DNA from: Balanoglossus misakiensis
Lineage: Eukaryota > Animalia > Hemichordata
DNA length: 64,000 bases
Direction of reading: 5' to 3'
Assembly: GCA_040954595.2 (NCBI GenBank)
Contig: CM082595.2
Span: 457,690 to 521,689 of the forward strand
How positions within the stretch are numbered: the stretch's first letter is position 1; each line of letters opens with the position of its first letter. The position numbers and the translations under genes were made by a program. The notes below the pieces were generated by a model. It saw only the letters and a list, made by a program, of their open reading frames with translations. It did not search any database and was not told the origin of the DNA. Positions 1-11,355 of this stretch are shown here, one piece after another.

Positions 1-2728
1 ACTTCAGTGTTTAGTCACCGGTGTTGCAAGCCAGAGATTGCTTCAAATTTGGTTGCAACACGAATTTTACAGTGTTACTGATGTTGTATTTATGCAGTTT
101 AAACTTACCCTTTATCTATTTATTTTGTTTCATTCAGAACCATGTGTATGTGCCTAGTCACAGAGTGCTGTCTCTAATGTATACAATTGTGAGACTGTGC
201 AACAAATACTACAAGAGAATCAATGGTCGTAATGGAGTGTTCCTCCTGGTAGAAAGTAAATAAAGAGCCATTTTATGAGTGTCCACAGAGTGCTTCTCCA
301 AAGGGCCATGCTGCATTGGATATGGATCCTACCTACACAGATGATCTTGATGGTAAAAAGACAATAAAGGTACTAGTATTTTGTGTGTATATGCGAGAGT
401 TCAAAACACAGTACTTTCCTTGAAACATATCCTTGGACCAAATCAACAAAACGAAAGGGAAATCTCATTGATTTTATCAAAGCGTAAAACCTCCCTGAGA
501 CTGAACAAAGTTTAGTGAATCAACAACACTTTCAGGATTTTAAGTTCACCTGGATCAGCTGAGATCAGCCACACTGCCAATCAAGGAGACTCCATGTGCA
601 TAGATTATATCGTACACATGCCATCAGCTTTCTGTCTATTGAAAGGGATGAATAATTTTCATAGTTTACAACGAGATAGCATATCCTTTCTGATACATTG
701 TCAGACCGTATCGATTATTTTCTGTTTTCAGTCTTATGATACTATTTCAATGCACATTGATTTTTTTTATGTATCTTGTATGCTCCAAGACTGCACTGAA
801 AGCTGTTGTGATCTGGGCTTAGCATAGAGTACATCACTGTCATGTTGCTAGGGTCACCAACTGCAGTGACTCATCTGAGGAAAGAGACACAGATGTCAAT
901 CAGAATTGAAGGTGCCTGTTATCATGGCAAACCAGCAGATAAACCAATGATAAAGTTTGAACATTTTTGTTCAGGTACAGAAGAATCTTTTTTCTAATTC
1001 TCGCCACAGTTCCATTAACGGAATCCATCTTTGTTGAGCGACATACAAACTGATGTAACATCTCTCATTTTCTCGGAACTGTACCATCTTGATAAAAACG
1101 AATGATAAGCCAGGATTGGTTTCATCATCTAAATTGTATACTAGACAAAGGCCCAGACTTTTGAGAATTACATTGAAGTTCTTGTAATATCAAAGTTGCA
1201 TGAGTATACATCTAATCAGCAAAACTGACAAAAACAGCACTCAAGAACGATATAAATGGGGGATAAAAATTAATAAAGCCACTGTAATATGTTCTTTCTT
1301 GGAACACCAAGATGTAAATTTTGACCTCTGAACTTCAACCCTTTGACCTCAAAATTTTAAGTTTCCATGAAAGGAAATTAACATTTAAGCATTGATGAAT
1401 GTTACAATCAATCAATTGCAAATGTGAATGTGAAATTTCCAAAAATGATTTGCCATTCAGTTCCAAGAAACCTAGGATCTGCATCGAGTCATTTCACGGA
1501 AAGGTTCGACTTCTTTAGAAAAAGTGGGGGCTATATGCAGAAAGTGGATTCGTTAATAATATATGTAAAGCATGTGATCAATAAAAAATGGCCAAATCGA
1601 TAGAAATCAACTGTCTACACAGCACAGTGCACTTTGAGAATATTATCTGGAACATGCAACACTGCCCGACTACTGCTACTTGTGTTATCATTGAAGTGCA
1701 GAGCCCATATATGTTTACTCCCTAGAGATGCAGCACCGCAAATACACAAGAACTAAAGCCGTGGAGGCAGCAAATTATGAGATTTGTAGAACGGGAGGGA
1801 AATGAAAACACACAACAACAAAAAAGGTCTGAAGCCTTGCATTGGAAGGACTTTATCATATTAGACGGTCTTCATGAAAGCATAATGTTTGGATTGATGG
1901 TGGCACATGAGGTTTTCGTCACAATCTCTATTTTCATCATCAATTCTATTATCATAGTTTGCACTGCTTGCAGATGAGAACAAAATGGATCTTTTCAGAG
2001 AAAACGGAGAAGCCTTTGAGATGATCTCCACAACTCTGTTAATTTTCATTTTACACAACCAAACTCATCACCAACGAGTATCCAATTACTTTTTTCTACA
2101 ATCCTTCAATGTCATTTCATTAAATCTGAGTAAACCTGAAAATGTAAAACTAGGTTTTCGCCTTGATGTGTTCCTTATTCTTTGCTTTGTTGCATTTGTC
2201 GTCTTACTTAATGAAGCATATGTACGCCCACCTTGAGGGACTGAGGTACACTATTTCTAATCACTGTGTCCTGTTTGTTAAAAATTTCCGGCAGGTCTGA
2301 GTTCGTTACTATGTTAGTTTGCATTCATTGTTATATGCTTGCAGTGATTGTCGCGTCATCGCCTGAGCAGCTGCCAAAATCAGCAACTCGAAGTTGAGCT
2401 AGTCTGTGAAAAAGCGGAGGCGGGGTAACTGTACAGGAGACAGAGAGCTCCATAAAATCAGTGCGAAAAAGACATGAGAAACATACATATTCAAGAAAAT
2501 AAAGACGCTCTCGCAGACATTTCAGACAAATTTAATACACGCGTCTGTACTGTAGTTTCTAAATACAATTGCTTGAATGAAAAAGCTTGCGGGCGCAGTC
2601 GTTTCATGAAATATTTAGACTTTTTTCGGTGAATGGAGAACATCGTAAAAGTTTTATTACCACCCGGCTACATCAACAGCTGCGTGAATGAAACGCGTGC
2701 GCGCAAGCAATAATAACACGCAACTTGC

Positions 2729-2920
2729 CTGTCTCTCTTTCTTGAACTTTAAGAAAGCTTCCTGTAGATTGGCCTTCTTGCCATTTCGACGGTTTTTCTC
2801 ACTCTTCTCGTCACCAAAATCAACCATAAAGACTTCCGCTTTGGATCCTTTTTCCATCGGCCTGAGTGGTGACTGCTGCCAACAGTGTTGAGCGCTCATT
2901 ATTAACCTGTCATCCGCCAT
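2729..2920 (-). CDS. First coding exon of an unidentified gene that probably continues beyond the left edge
   Basis: AAGATGGCGG start context, 64 codons (MADDRLIMSAQHCWQQ...NLQEAFLKFKKERQ) ending at CAG|GCAAGT (GC-type donor). Divergent from DDI1. I could not join downstream coding exons inside the window. Confidence 0.5.
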
Positions 2921-3798
2921 CTTTGGAAAGGAAAGAAGGAAGAAGCAGTAAAGACGCAACTTTTGCACGAAAACATAAGCATACCCTCACATCTACATAA
3001 ATACAGTTAAGGGTGTTTTCGCAATGCAGCAAACCAACAGTTTTGTTTTTACATATAATATATTGCAGATCGCTGGTATTAGCTGCGAAAACGACTATTG
3101 TACCTGCAGCTGCAGATGGCAGCTCGGCGGACCAAAAGAAGTCACCTTCACCATTCCATACTCTTAACCCTTGTAGCCATCACTTGCAGGTGGAAGTCAC
3201 TCACTGACAAAGAGGAGAGAAAACGCGCGGAAGCTAAAGTGATTAAATGCAGTGAATATACTAATATATCAAATACCTGCACACTGTTTGGCCGTTGTTT
3301 TGAATGAAGCCTAGGAGAATCCAAAACGTTGGTTTTGTTACACCAATCATGATTGGTGTAAGATAACGAATCCACCGACTATTGGCCAATAACAAACAAG
3401 TTAAGAACGTCCCCATGAAAAATGTAGTTGCGCTTGCGTCTAACCTTTGACCTTAATCAGGTGACTGGCGAGCAGGAAGCGTTTCCTTGGTAACATATAC
3501 ACCAAAGAGGAAAACAGCGGTATTTGGCTAATATCATAAAATATATGTATCAAATATATAATGTTTGACTCTATTCGACTATATTCAACTGAACATCACA
3601 TAATTTGACCATTAAACAACATAAACTACCAACACCAGAGCTTCGTCTTCGCCCGGTAGTACGCCTCTAGTGTCCACATTTGTCCATGTATTTTGTTTTT
3701 ATACCTTTCTTTTCTTTCTACATGTATATGGAAAAATATTTCCACTGTTCTGTCAGTCCGCTGTCTTTCTATTGTTTGCTAAACACTGGACATTGTAA

Positions 3799-3851
3799 TG
3801 ACACACATTGTCAGACCGCACCGGACCGGTCTGGTCTGACAGTGTGTGTCA
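3799..3851. repeat. Near-perfect inverted repeat (~25-bp stem) upstream of DDI1
   Basis: TGACACACATTGTCAGACC-GC-ACCG-GAC-CGGT-CT-GGTCTGACAGTGTGTGTCA. Confidence 0.8.
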
Positions 3852-4005
3852 CCGGACCTGACACACGGTGACGAGGCAGGTTTGGCAGAGTACATAAATA
3901 CCGAACAAACGCACAACGTAACGCTCAATGCGGAAGTGAAAGGGACGCGTGTTATTTGAAAACACTGCTCGCGACTTTCCTCGAATTTTAGCACAGAAAT
4001 ACGAA

Positions 4006-6823
4006 ATGAAGGTCACGGTTACAACACTAACGGGTGAAATCTTCCCTTTGGAAGTAAGTGGTGACTTGGAGCTTGAAAATTTCAAGGCGCTTTGTGAATT
4101 TGAATGTGGTTTTCCATGCAATGAAATGATGATCACATACAATGGCATACCTCTGATGGATGACAAGAAAACTCTGGAAGGTTACCAGATCAAAGATGGT
4201 GATGTTGTACTCATACAGCGAATGCGAAACCAACCTCAGGCCATTCCTCGAGGGCCACAAGCAATTCCTCAAGGGGCACAACTACCTAGTGGTAAGAAAA
4301 TAACTTCCTGGAAACGATCACATACGAAACATACAAGGACATTTCACTTTCATATTCATGATTCAGCCTAAATGTGACTTGGGTTCATAGAATGTACGTA
4401 TATATGATTTGTATGCTAAAGTTGGACCTCTGTAGAGGGAAATTGGGATGAAAAGGTTAATGGTCCAAATTTAAAATGTGTTCAAGACAGTGTACCATGG
4501 CTACTCAATCCAAAGCTGCATGTATGACAAGTTAGGGTCTATCACCTGACTGTCACATGGCAAAAGCTGACTGCTCCCTTTAGAAAGGCAATCTGGGCAG
4601 TACAGCAGCCTCTACATGCTACATCAAGTTATGAAGCACAACGGGGCCTGCAGGTCTGGAAATTTAGTCTGTGAGGTAGTATAGGCTTCATACACTAATC
4701 ATCACAGGTCTGACTGATGTGAATCCATTTCCATGTTGCAGGACTTCCGCAGATTGACTTTTCCAGCATTCAGGTTCCAGTTCCAGGAACATCACAAGCC
4801 TCTAGAGCACCCCGATCTCTAGAAGACGACCCTGCAGCACTGCGCGACGCACTGTTGGCCAATCCACACCAGCTTGCACTGTTGAAGGAAAGAAATCCGC
4901 CACTAGCAGAGGCACTTGCTTCTGGAGATCTAGGTAACCATGGTGTTATTACTAAAAGCACACAGCCAACAAATAGATATATTTCTAACATGTTATTGAT
5001 GTGGTGTAGTAGAAATAGGATTTGGAGTATAGAATTCCACACACTTGCCAAACAAATCACTGAACATGTGCATTATTAACCCCCAGCAAAGTTTACAAGT
5101 GTGATGCGAGCACAGCAGAAGGAAAAAGCCGAAAGGGAAAGGGAGAGAATTCGACTGATGAATGCAGATCCTTTTGATGCAGAAGCACAGCAACATATAG
5201 CAGAAGAGATCAGGTATGGCAGAAAGAAAACTAGATGAATTGCAGACTGACACCATCTGATTAAAATGAATGCATCTCGTCACAGTAGCCAAGCTCAGTA
5301 CAAGCAGCACCTGGTATCTATCCCAGCCACAACACAGGAAAGCAATGTAACATGTTCTTTTAACATTGAAATCACTATCATATTTTCCCTCACACAGGCT
5401 CAAAAATGTAGAAGCCAATATGGAGTCAGCAATGGAATGGAACCCAGAGAGTTTTGGTCAAGTTGTGATGTTATACATAGATTGTAAAGTAAATGGCCAT
5501 GATGTCAAAGCCTTTGTTGATTCAGGTAAAATGATGTCAAGTGTATTTCTACATCATTGATTAGTCTGTTCTCATTACATGCATGCAGTGGCAGTTGAGG
5601 TGTCTTGATCACCTGACTGTCACATGGCAATAACCAACTGCTCCCCCATAGTGGGCAATCTTAGCAGTGTGGCCGCCTTTGCATGCTAGATTAATTTATG
5701 AAGTACAACAGGGCCTGCAGGTTTGGAGATTTAACCTGTAAGGTAGTATAGACTTCATACATGAGCTCTTTAACTTGATCATGTTGTTTTGAACTTTCTG
5801 TCAGTATTGTACTGTCTGTATTATACTTGAATTTGATTGGTTGATAGGAGCCCAGATGACAATAATGAGTGCTGCATGTGCTGAGAGATGTAACATAATG
5901 AGATTAGTGGACAGAAGATGGGCTGGCATTGCTAAAGGTGTAGGAACACAGAAGATTGTAGGCAGAGTTCATATGGGTAAGTGTACCAAGGAGAAAAGTG
6001 GAAATTGCATTGTATTTTATGAACACGCACACAGCGAATCCATCAGCAGTACTTTTTCATTGTTTTTACAACAATTAACACTAGACCATTTTCTTGTCAT
6101 GCTACAGGTCAGATTCAAATAGGACCTATTTTTCTGCAGTCGTCATTTTCCATTTTAGAAGATCAACCAATGGACATGTTACTTGGCCTAGACATGCTCA
6201 AAAGACACCAGGTACGGTCAAGAAATTAATGTTACCATCACTAAAGACGCTCTCATCCCGGTCTACCAGGGCTAACCCGAGGGCATTCCTTAGCGAACGG
6301 AAGCTATAATTGATGACTGTGAATCAGTATTTTATTGAGAATATACAAATATAAGTGACTGACTTTTTTTTCAGTGTTGCATAGATTTGAAGAGGAATAT
6401 ACTGACTATAGGTACAACTGGAACAGAGACATCGTTCCTGAGTGAAGGTGATCTGCCACCGTGTGCAAGACTTAATAGACAACCATCACTTACTGAAGAT
6501 GAAGACAAACAACTAGCAGAGGCCATGCAGAGATCGGCTGAAGAAGCTAGAGCAGGTTGGTGTATTCCTAGATCTGGTAAACAAGTTAATGTTTGTGAAA
6601 CAGTGAAGAGAATGCTTACAGAATCTCTTTTAGTTTTACTCACCTATTTTGTCTTTATACTTCAGGGCCAAGTAGGGATAAAGATATTCCAGAAGAAAAA
6701 ATCAACACCATTGTACAGATGGGATTTAACCGGGAGCAGGCAATCGAGGAATTACGGAATTATAACGGAGATGTCAATCAAGCTGCAGCTGCCATTTTAG
6801 CCAAATCTCTCAAGGGACCGTAG
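4006..6823 (+). CDS. DDI1: DNA damage-inducible protein 1/2 homolog (UBL, helical domain, retroviral-like aspartic protease, UIM, UBA); multi-exon
   Basis: [31 protein letters not shown] (UBL); [12 protein letters not shown]; [28 protein letters not shown]|GAQMTIMS (catalytic DSGA); [14 protein letters not shown]; [12 protein letters not shown]; terminal [23 protein letters not shown]; GT-AG introns; stop TAG 6821-6823. Confidence 0.95.
4517..4697 (+). ncRNA. Intronic box H/ACA snoRNA/scaRNA candidate, copy 1 (DDI1 intron 1)
   Basis: 5' domain closed by GCATGTA/TACATGC, H box ACATCA, 3' hairpin TATGAAGC...GCTTCATA with internal pocket, ACA at 4692-4694. Paralog at 5580-5764. Confidence 0.75.
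5580..5764 (+). ncRNA. Intronic box H/ACA snoRNA/scaRNA candidate, copy 2 (DDI1 intron splitting the DSGA motif)
   Basis: GCATGCA/TGCATGC stem, H box AGATTA, TATGAAGT...ACTTCATA hairpin, ACA at 5759-5761. Compensatory changes relative to copy 1. Confidence 0.75.
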
Positions 6824-7572
6824 TCAGCCACGATTTCTTGTTGATTTTTAGTTTTGACTTTGATTGAACAAATTTTGTGCCAGTCTTGCATCTGTATTTC
6901 AACTGAACACCATTAGCTTGAGTCTTATTCTTCTTCACCTTGTCATTTCAAGATTTGTATCTTTTGGTGTTTGTACTGCCAGCGAGCTTGATGCCAAACA
7001 TATTAAGAGCAACAACTTTCTTTTTTTCTACTCTGCGTCTTTAAATGTCACCATGTTTACACATTCATACCTCATGTATATACCTTACTGGTATTAGCTG
7101 ATAAAAGTTATCATTATTACATAGGCATTGATTTCCTTTAGTTTAATATATGTTTTATGTAATTAGTCGCCTCTTGCAACTCAAAATGAACTGTGAATTG
7201 TAATATCTGCTCCACAATACTGATAATATATGAAGGTTCTCAATTTTTGTAAAAATAATACTGTTAAATTATCCAAGGCTGATGTTACTAGAACCTCCTT
7301 GCTCTGTATTTCAAAACCATTTCTTTGTTATTTATGAAATGGTACAAAGGTTGTAATGAGATTTTATAAAGATACATTTTGGATAGGCAATATTTCTTCA
7401 AGCTTGTGTATGAAATTACTCTTTATGAATAAAGAATGTCACTTTTTGAAATGAAATATTGTTGGGTTTTTTTAAGATGCATGTCTTACATATCTATTTG
7501 AACATACAAGTTATTTGAAGTTTATTCTTGGACATGTACCAAAATACCAACACGTCATAAATTGCTCGTTCA

Positions 7573-10500
7573 TTAGGTTTTGATTTTAATACTCTTGATA
7601 ACACCAGCTTTAATCCCAGAAGCTTCACCTCCATAACGCTCAGTTTCCCGACGAACCTCACGTACCTGAAATGAAAGATGAAATAGTATTATTTGTTGAC
7701 AATCTCTTCACAAAGTATGCGTGTACATGAAAATTGTAGATATTCCCTCAGCACCAGCATACATAACAGTGGGTTTCTCACTGGTTGAAGTTCCAAGATA
7801 ACCAGCCTTCAACCCCCAGTTCCTTTTTAGACATCCTACCTTACCACAGAAAACAATGGGTTTGAACTGAACCATTGATGGTTAAAGGGTTCCTGCTTGA
7901 TGGAAATAAATCTTCAAAGACAACCTTACCTGTCCCTTCCTTCTGATCTTGGCTTTCCTGAACTTCTCCCGGTGCTTGACTCTAGGATTACGGAATATTT
8001 TCTTTCGTTTCGGTGTCAGACCCTTATTTTTGGAGATCTGGAAAAATAATTTAGAATAGTAAATAAGGCATGGTGACTTTCCAAAAACTGTAAATGGTAA
8101 ATCACATAATCACAATGCAAACACAAACATGATACATATCGACCTCTGTGAAAACTGGTTCCCCCCCCCTCCAAAAATGACCCTCTTTTACCTGATATGT
8201 TATGGCTCTCTTGGAAACTGCTTCTGATTCATCCACTTGTTCATCTTGATTGTCATCATCAGCAACTTCAGCTGGTTCCCTACACCAGAAAATGAACAAA
8301 TTTAGTTGAGACTTGGACTGCTGACGGGTGCAGTACAGAACAGATTACCAATGAAACTTCGTTCATTAAGTATCCATCTATCCACCCATTCTTTCTTCCA
8401 TCCACCCATCCATCCATCCATCAAATGACTATGGTAACTTACTCATCTGCATCTTTAGCAAGCTTCCTCGCCTTTGCCAATGTTTTCATCTCTGTGTAAT
8501 AATTCAATGCTTCTCTTTCATCTGTTGTAAACATCTCCTCCGCGGCTTTCCTCTTCTTTTTCTCCTTTTTAACTGTTTCTTTCTTCTCAGCGTCATCCAC
8601 CAATGTTGACAGTTGCTTTTTCTCTTTCCTAAGTTTCTTCTTACCAACTGTAGCAACTTTCTTTTTGACAGGTTCAGCCTTGTTTTCACTTGGTTCAATA
8701 TCTGTGTCTCCAGACAACAAACTTTCAATCTCACCTTCCAGTTGTATATCAAGTGGCTTAAGTTGTGTGATGGTCTGTGAAGAAAGAAAAATATCCAGGG
8801 TACTTGAAAAAGATTCGGAGTGAATGAGTTGTTGGATTGGAGTGCTGCTCATGGTTACTACGAACTACAGTGAAATCTGCCCTTGGCAGTCACTCAAGGG
8901 ACTTTCCTCAAATCATGCACAGGGACTGTAACAAGGTTTATCTCTGGTCTAACTTACATTTCTCAATGTAACAAGTCTTCTTATGACTGGATGGGTGTTT
9001 ACTGATATGTGAGAAGATTTTAATATCATGTAGTAACTGATGTTGATGCAGTAACTGAAAATTAAACAGAACAGATTCAAAATCAATATGAATCATGAAT
9101 CTCATGTTTGAGATGAATTTATAAAGTTCTCAATAAAATGCTCACACAAACACATACATTACCTGTTCTCGATATGTTGATATTAATGGACATTTTGAGA
9201 TGTACTTACGTCAAATAAATTAGGTATTTTGTTTCTACATAAGTTGCTCCCTTTCCACGAATTTTCCCTTCTTTGACCAAATTCATCAGAGGATGGAACT
9301 TTTCAATGACTTCCCTAATCTGTGAAGACAAACAGACACCAATCATTAATCATGGTTGAAGTGGGAATGCCTCAGGATTTCCACACAAGGGGAAAAGTGT
9401 CTGGACATGATTCCTCTTACATTCTAACAATGGCTTGGCGTGACGTGCAGTGAGCTTACCTTTAATTTGAAGTCTTCAATCAGTTCCAGTAACTCGGGAG
9501 ACTCTTTCTTCAATAACTGTAAACATGAGAAAATGAAACTCAAGTAAAGACCATGCCATGAATATTTGTTGCAAAGAACATATAAACTAGCTTCATAGAA
9601 AAAGATGACAAATTTCAATCTTCTGGTCAATATCCTTCAAAAAGTCTTCCTCACCTCAAGTTTCTCGTGTTTGGAAAATTTTGACATGTCTTTGATGACT
9701 TTTACCTCCTCCTCTTCTGTTGCTGGCGTTTCATTGGCGAGCGTCTGTGTAAGAGAGAATGTCAAGTGATGTTAGTACAGTCTAACCTCTACTGGTAACC
9801 AGGTTGCAGTTCAATGGTGTTTGTTTAACCCCAAAATCTTTACTTTGATCCAGAGATGACAAGATTGAATATTTTCAAACACATATACTCTTTTTGAACT
9901 ACTCACTTTGAGAAAGTCATACCCAAAGTCTTCCTCTTGAAGTGTCTCTGCCATCTTTTGTTGCAACGCCAGAGCTTCTTTCTCCTCCTCCTCCCGAGCA
10001 TCTTCTTCCTCAGAGCCACTCACACCTGTCAAGATGACCACAGACAATGCTTGCCTCAGATATAGCAGATGTGGCAGATATCAAATGCAAATTATGAATT
10101 TGCAGAAATCTTGTGTTGCATAGATCTACATCACTGAACAATGCAGTACAACACACAGATCACTAACCTGGCAGATCATCATCCACATAATCTGTAGTAT
10201 AGAAGATAGATTTCTTCTTTCCCCAGGATTTGGAATCCGGTATCTCAACCTTGTCTTGTCCTTCTAACTCATCACTTGACATATCTACTGCCTCTTCATC
10301 TTCATCATCATCATCATCGTCCTCCAAGGCATACACTTCCTACAAGACGGATGATACAGTGATGAATAGATGGAATGGAATGGAATGGAAATTTGAACTT
10401 GTGACAATTGCTCGATTTCAAACATATTTACCTCTTCCTCTGAGCTGACATTTGCCGGTGCCAGACCCCCTGGATCATCCAGGAGAATCTTTTCCTTGTT

Positions 10501-10868
10501 GGCATGGAACTCATCCACTTCATCATACATATATTCCCTGGATTCAGGATCTGGGTCTTTTATATGACGATACGCCCTTTCATCATCACTGTCATATGTG
10601 GGTTGCTTCGGTGCAGCAAACCTGCCCTTTGATCTGTAGAAACAACAATTAAAGATGAAATTACAAACCCTCCTGTGAGGTTGGATATACAATCTCTTGT
10701 TCCAGAGTGCCAATATGATGCTGTACACCAACACCCTCACTCAGTCACTGGTTGTGGTACATGAAGGACGTATGATTATCCATGTAGTACTAAAGATATT
10801 ATAAGGCGAACAGTTGTTGTTTTCTTATACAATGATAGTGAAACTATTCCTCACCTTCTTTTTGGCAT
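7573..10868 (-). CDS. UTP3: Something about silencing protein 10 / UTP3 SSU processome component; multi-exon
   Basis: MPKRR start; YMYDEVDEFHANKEKILLD; EEEKEALALQQKMAETL; LLKKESPELLELIEDFK; C-terminal Sas10 domain KRAITYQISKNKGLTPKRKKIFRNPRVKHREKFRKAKIRRKGQVREVRRETERYGGEASGIKAGVIKSIKIKT*. Confidence 0.95.
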
Positions 10869-11100
10869 GTTCACTTCAAATTGTAAGGAAGATGATGCTT
10901 TAAATCAGATACATGTGTTACTACGTTCACGACCTCAGACAGCACGTGTCTGTTTGTGTATCTTTCAGGGGTCAGAGGTCATAAGTCGTGGATTATTGTA
11001 TCGCGAGATCTCGCACTGGACGCGACCGATAGCAGAAACTTAGCAACTATCAACAAAAGCTGGGATTCCCTGAAATCAAGAACAGTTGTACAGGTATTGA
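10869..11100. promoter_or_regulatory. Bidirectional promoter UTP3/LRRC34
   Basis: Short CpG-enriched gap between divergent genes; TATCGCGAGA (variant of the TCTCGCGAGA palindrome) at 10999-11008; non-coding LRRC34 exon ending CAG|GTATTG at about 11093. Confidence 0.55.
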
Positions 11101-11355
11101 GAATATTTGTGTAAATATTACCCTAACTATGATTTTAAAGTCGTATCTGCTCATAAAAGCTATCCGATGTTTTTTTTCGTTCGTGAAATGGGAGGAATAC
11201 ACCTTATTCCGTAAGGAGCTGTCGTCCAGCCAGTTGTCAACTCAATCATGTACATTACAAATATATGTACTCCTATAATTATTTGGTCTCTCATGTTGTG
11301 AAGCAAATGTTTAAACGATGTAAATTATCAGTTGCAGACCTTAGGACCCACCAGA

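Noticed and set aside
21-263. 80-aa plus-strand ORF
   Set aside because: GTG start, intron-like composition in its first half and no recognisable motif.
6268-6282. Telomerase RNA template (CTAACCC) near H/ACA elements
   Set aside because: Only 7 nt (CTAACCCG), downstream of rather than upstream of the H/ACA domains, separated from them by coding exons, and no pseudoknot evident.
6310-6363. C/D box snoRNA (TGATGA...CTGA)
   Set aside because: Too short and AT-rich with no guide; the CTGAC coincides with the intron branch point.
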